Assembly: GCA_044868695.1 (NCBI GenBank)
Contig: JBIOWP010000042.1
Location: 1 to 25,796, forward strand
Length of the DNA: 25,796 nucleotides
Source of the DNA: a bacterium
GTDB taxonomy: Bacteria > Sysuimicrobiota > Sysuimicrobiia > Sysuimicrobiales > Kaftiobacteriaceae
Reading direction: 5' to 3'
Below the pieces are notes generated by a model. It saw only the letters and a list, made by a program, of their open reading frames with translations, did not search any database and was not told where the DNA came from. Below, piece by piece: positions 25,577-25,796 of this stretch (within the stretch, counting starts at the first letter, position 1; every line of letters starts with the position of its first letter). The translations under genes were made by a program, and so were the position numbers.

Positions 25577-25795
25577 CTATGTCAGGAGGTACACGACGAC
25601 CTCAACCGGACCGTGGACGCCTTGGACGGGTGTCAACTCGATGTCGGCGGTCCGGCTGGGGCCGGTGATGAAGGTGAGCGCCGAGGGGAGCGGGCGGCCG
25701 ACGCGCTGGAACAGGTGCCCCAGCGTTGGGACGATGCGGTCTGCCTCCAGCACGGCGACGTGAAGCGGGGGGAGAAGTGAGGTGCTTCTGGGCCG
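25577..25795 (-). CDS. lutC: LutC/YkgG (LUD domain) lactate utilisation protein, C-terminal part only (not in the ORF track)
   Basis: Manual translation gives ...SLLPPLHVAVLEADRIV...TFITGPSRTADIELTPVQGVHGPVEVVVYLLT*. GPSRTADIE..GVHGP is the LUD signature. Confidence 0.88.
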   Translation of the reverse strand, partial: RPRSTSLLPPLHVAVLEADRIVPTLGHLFQRVGRPLPSALTFITGPSRTADIELTPVQGVHGPVEVVVYLLT

Positions 25796-25796
25796 C

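Noticed and set aside
25571..25780. 69-aa + strand ORF at the window end
   Set aside because: It is antisense to the clear LutC C-terminus on the - strand.

Overview
High-GC bacterial chromosomal window of about 21 CDSs, with no recognisable mobile element, CRISPR or structural RNA gene. It is organised around alpha-glucan/trehalose metabolism and osmotic stress. On the + strand is a cluster of epimerase, GH57 branching enzyme, glgC, GH57/DUF3536 protein, DUF5752 protein and treT. This converges on, and overlaps by 53 nt, a - strand mscS-yihY-fused otsA/otsB operon. The leader of that operon holds the best non-coding find: a c-di-AMP (ydaO/yuaA-class) riboswitch with an extended -10 promoter, pseudoknot, antiterminator and intrinsic terminator. 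Next come a B-box Zn-finger membrane protein, a rhomboid-like protein, two sugar ABC permeases and Mn-type sodA. These face a long - strand run of lutC (partial), glcD, glcD, glcF, glcE, a GH57 4-alpha-glucanotransferase and a sugar-binding protein. Short GGGATCC-type heptamer repeats occur both between genes and inside one CDS. All family assignments come from motif recognition by eye; no database searches were run.
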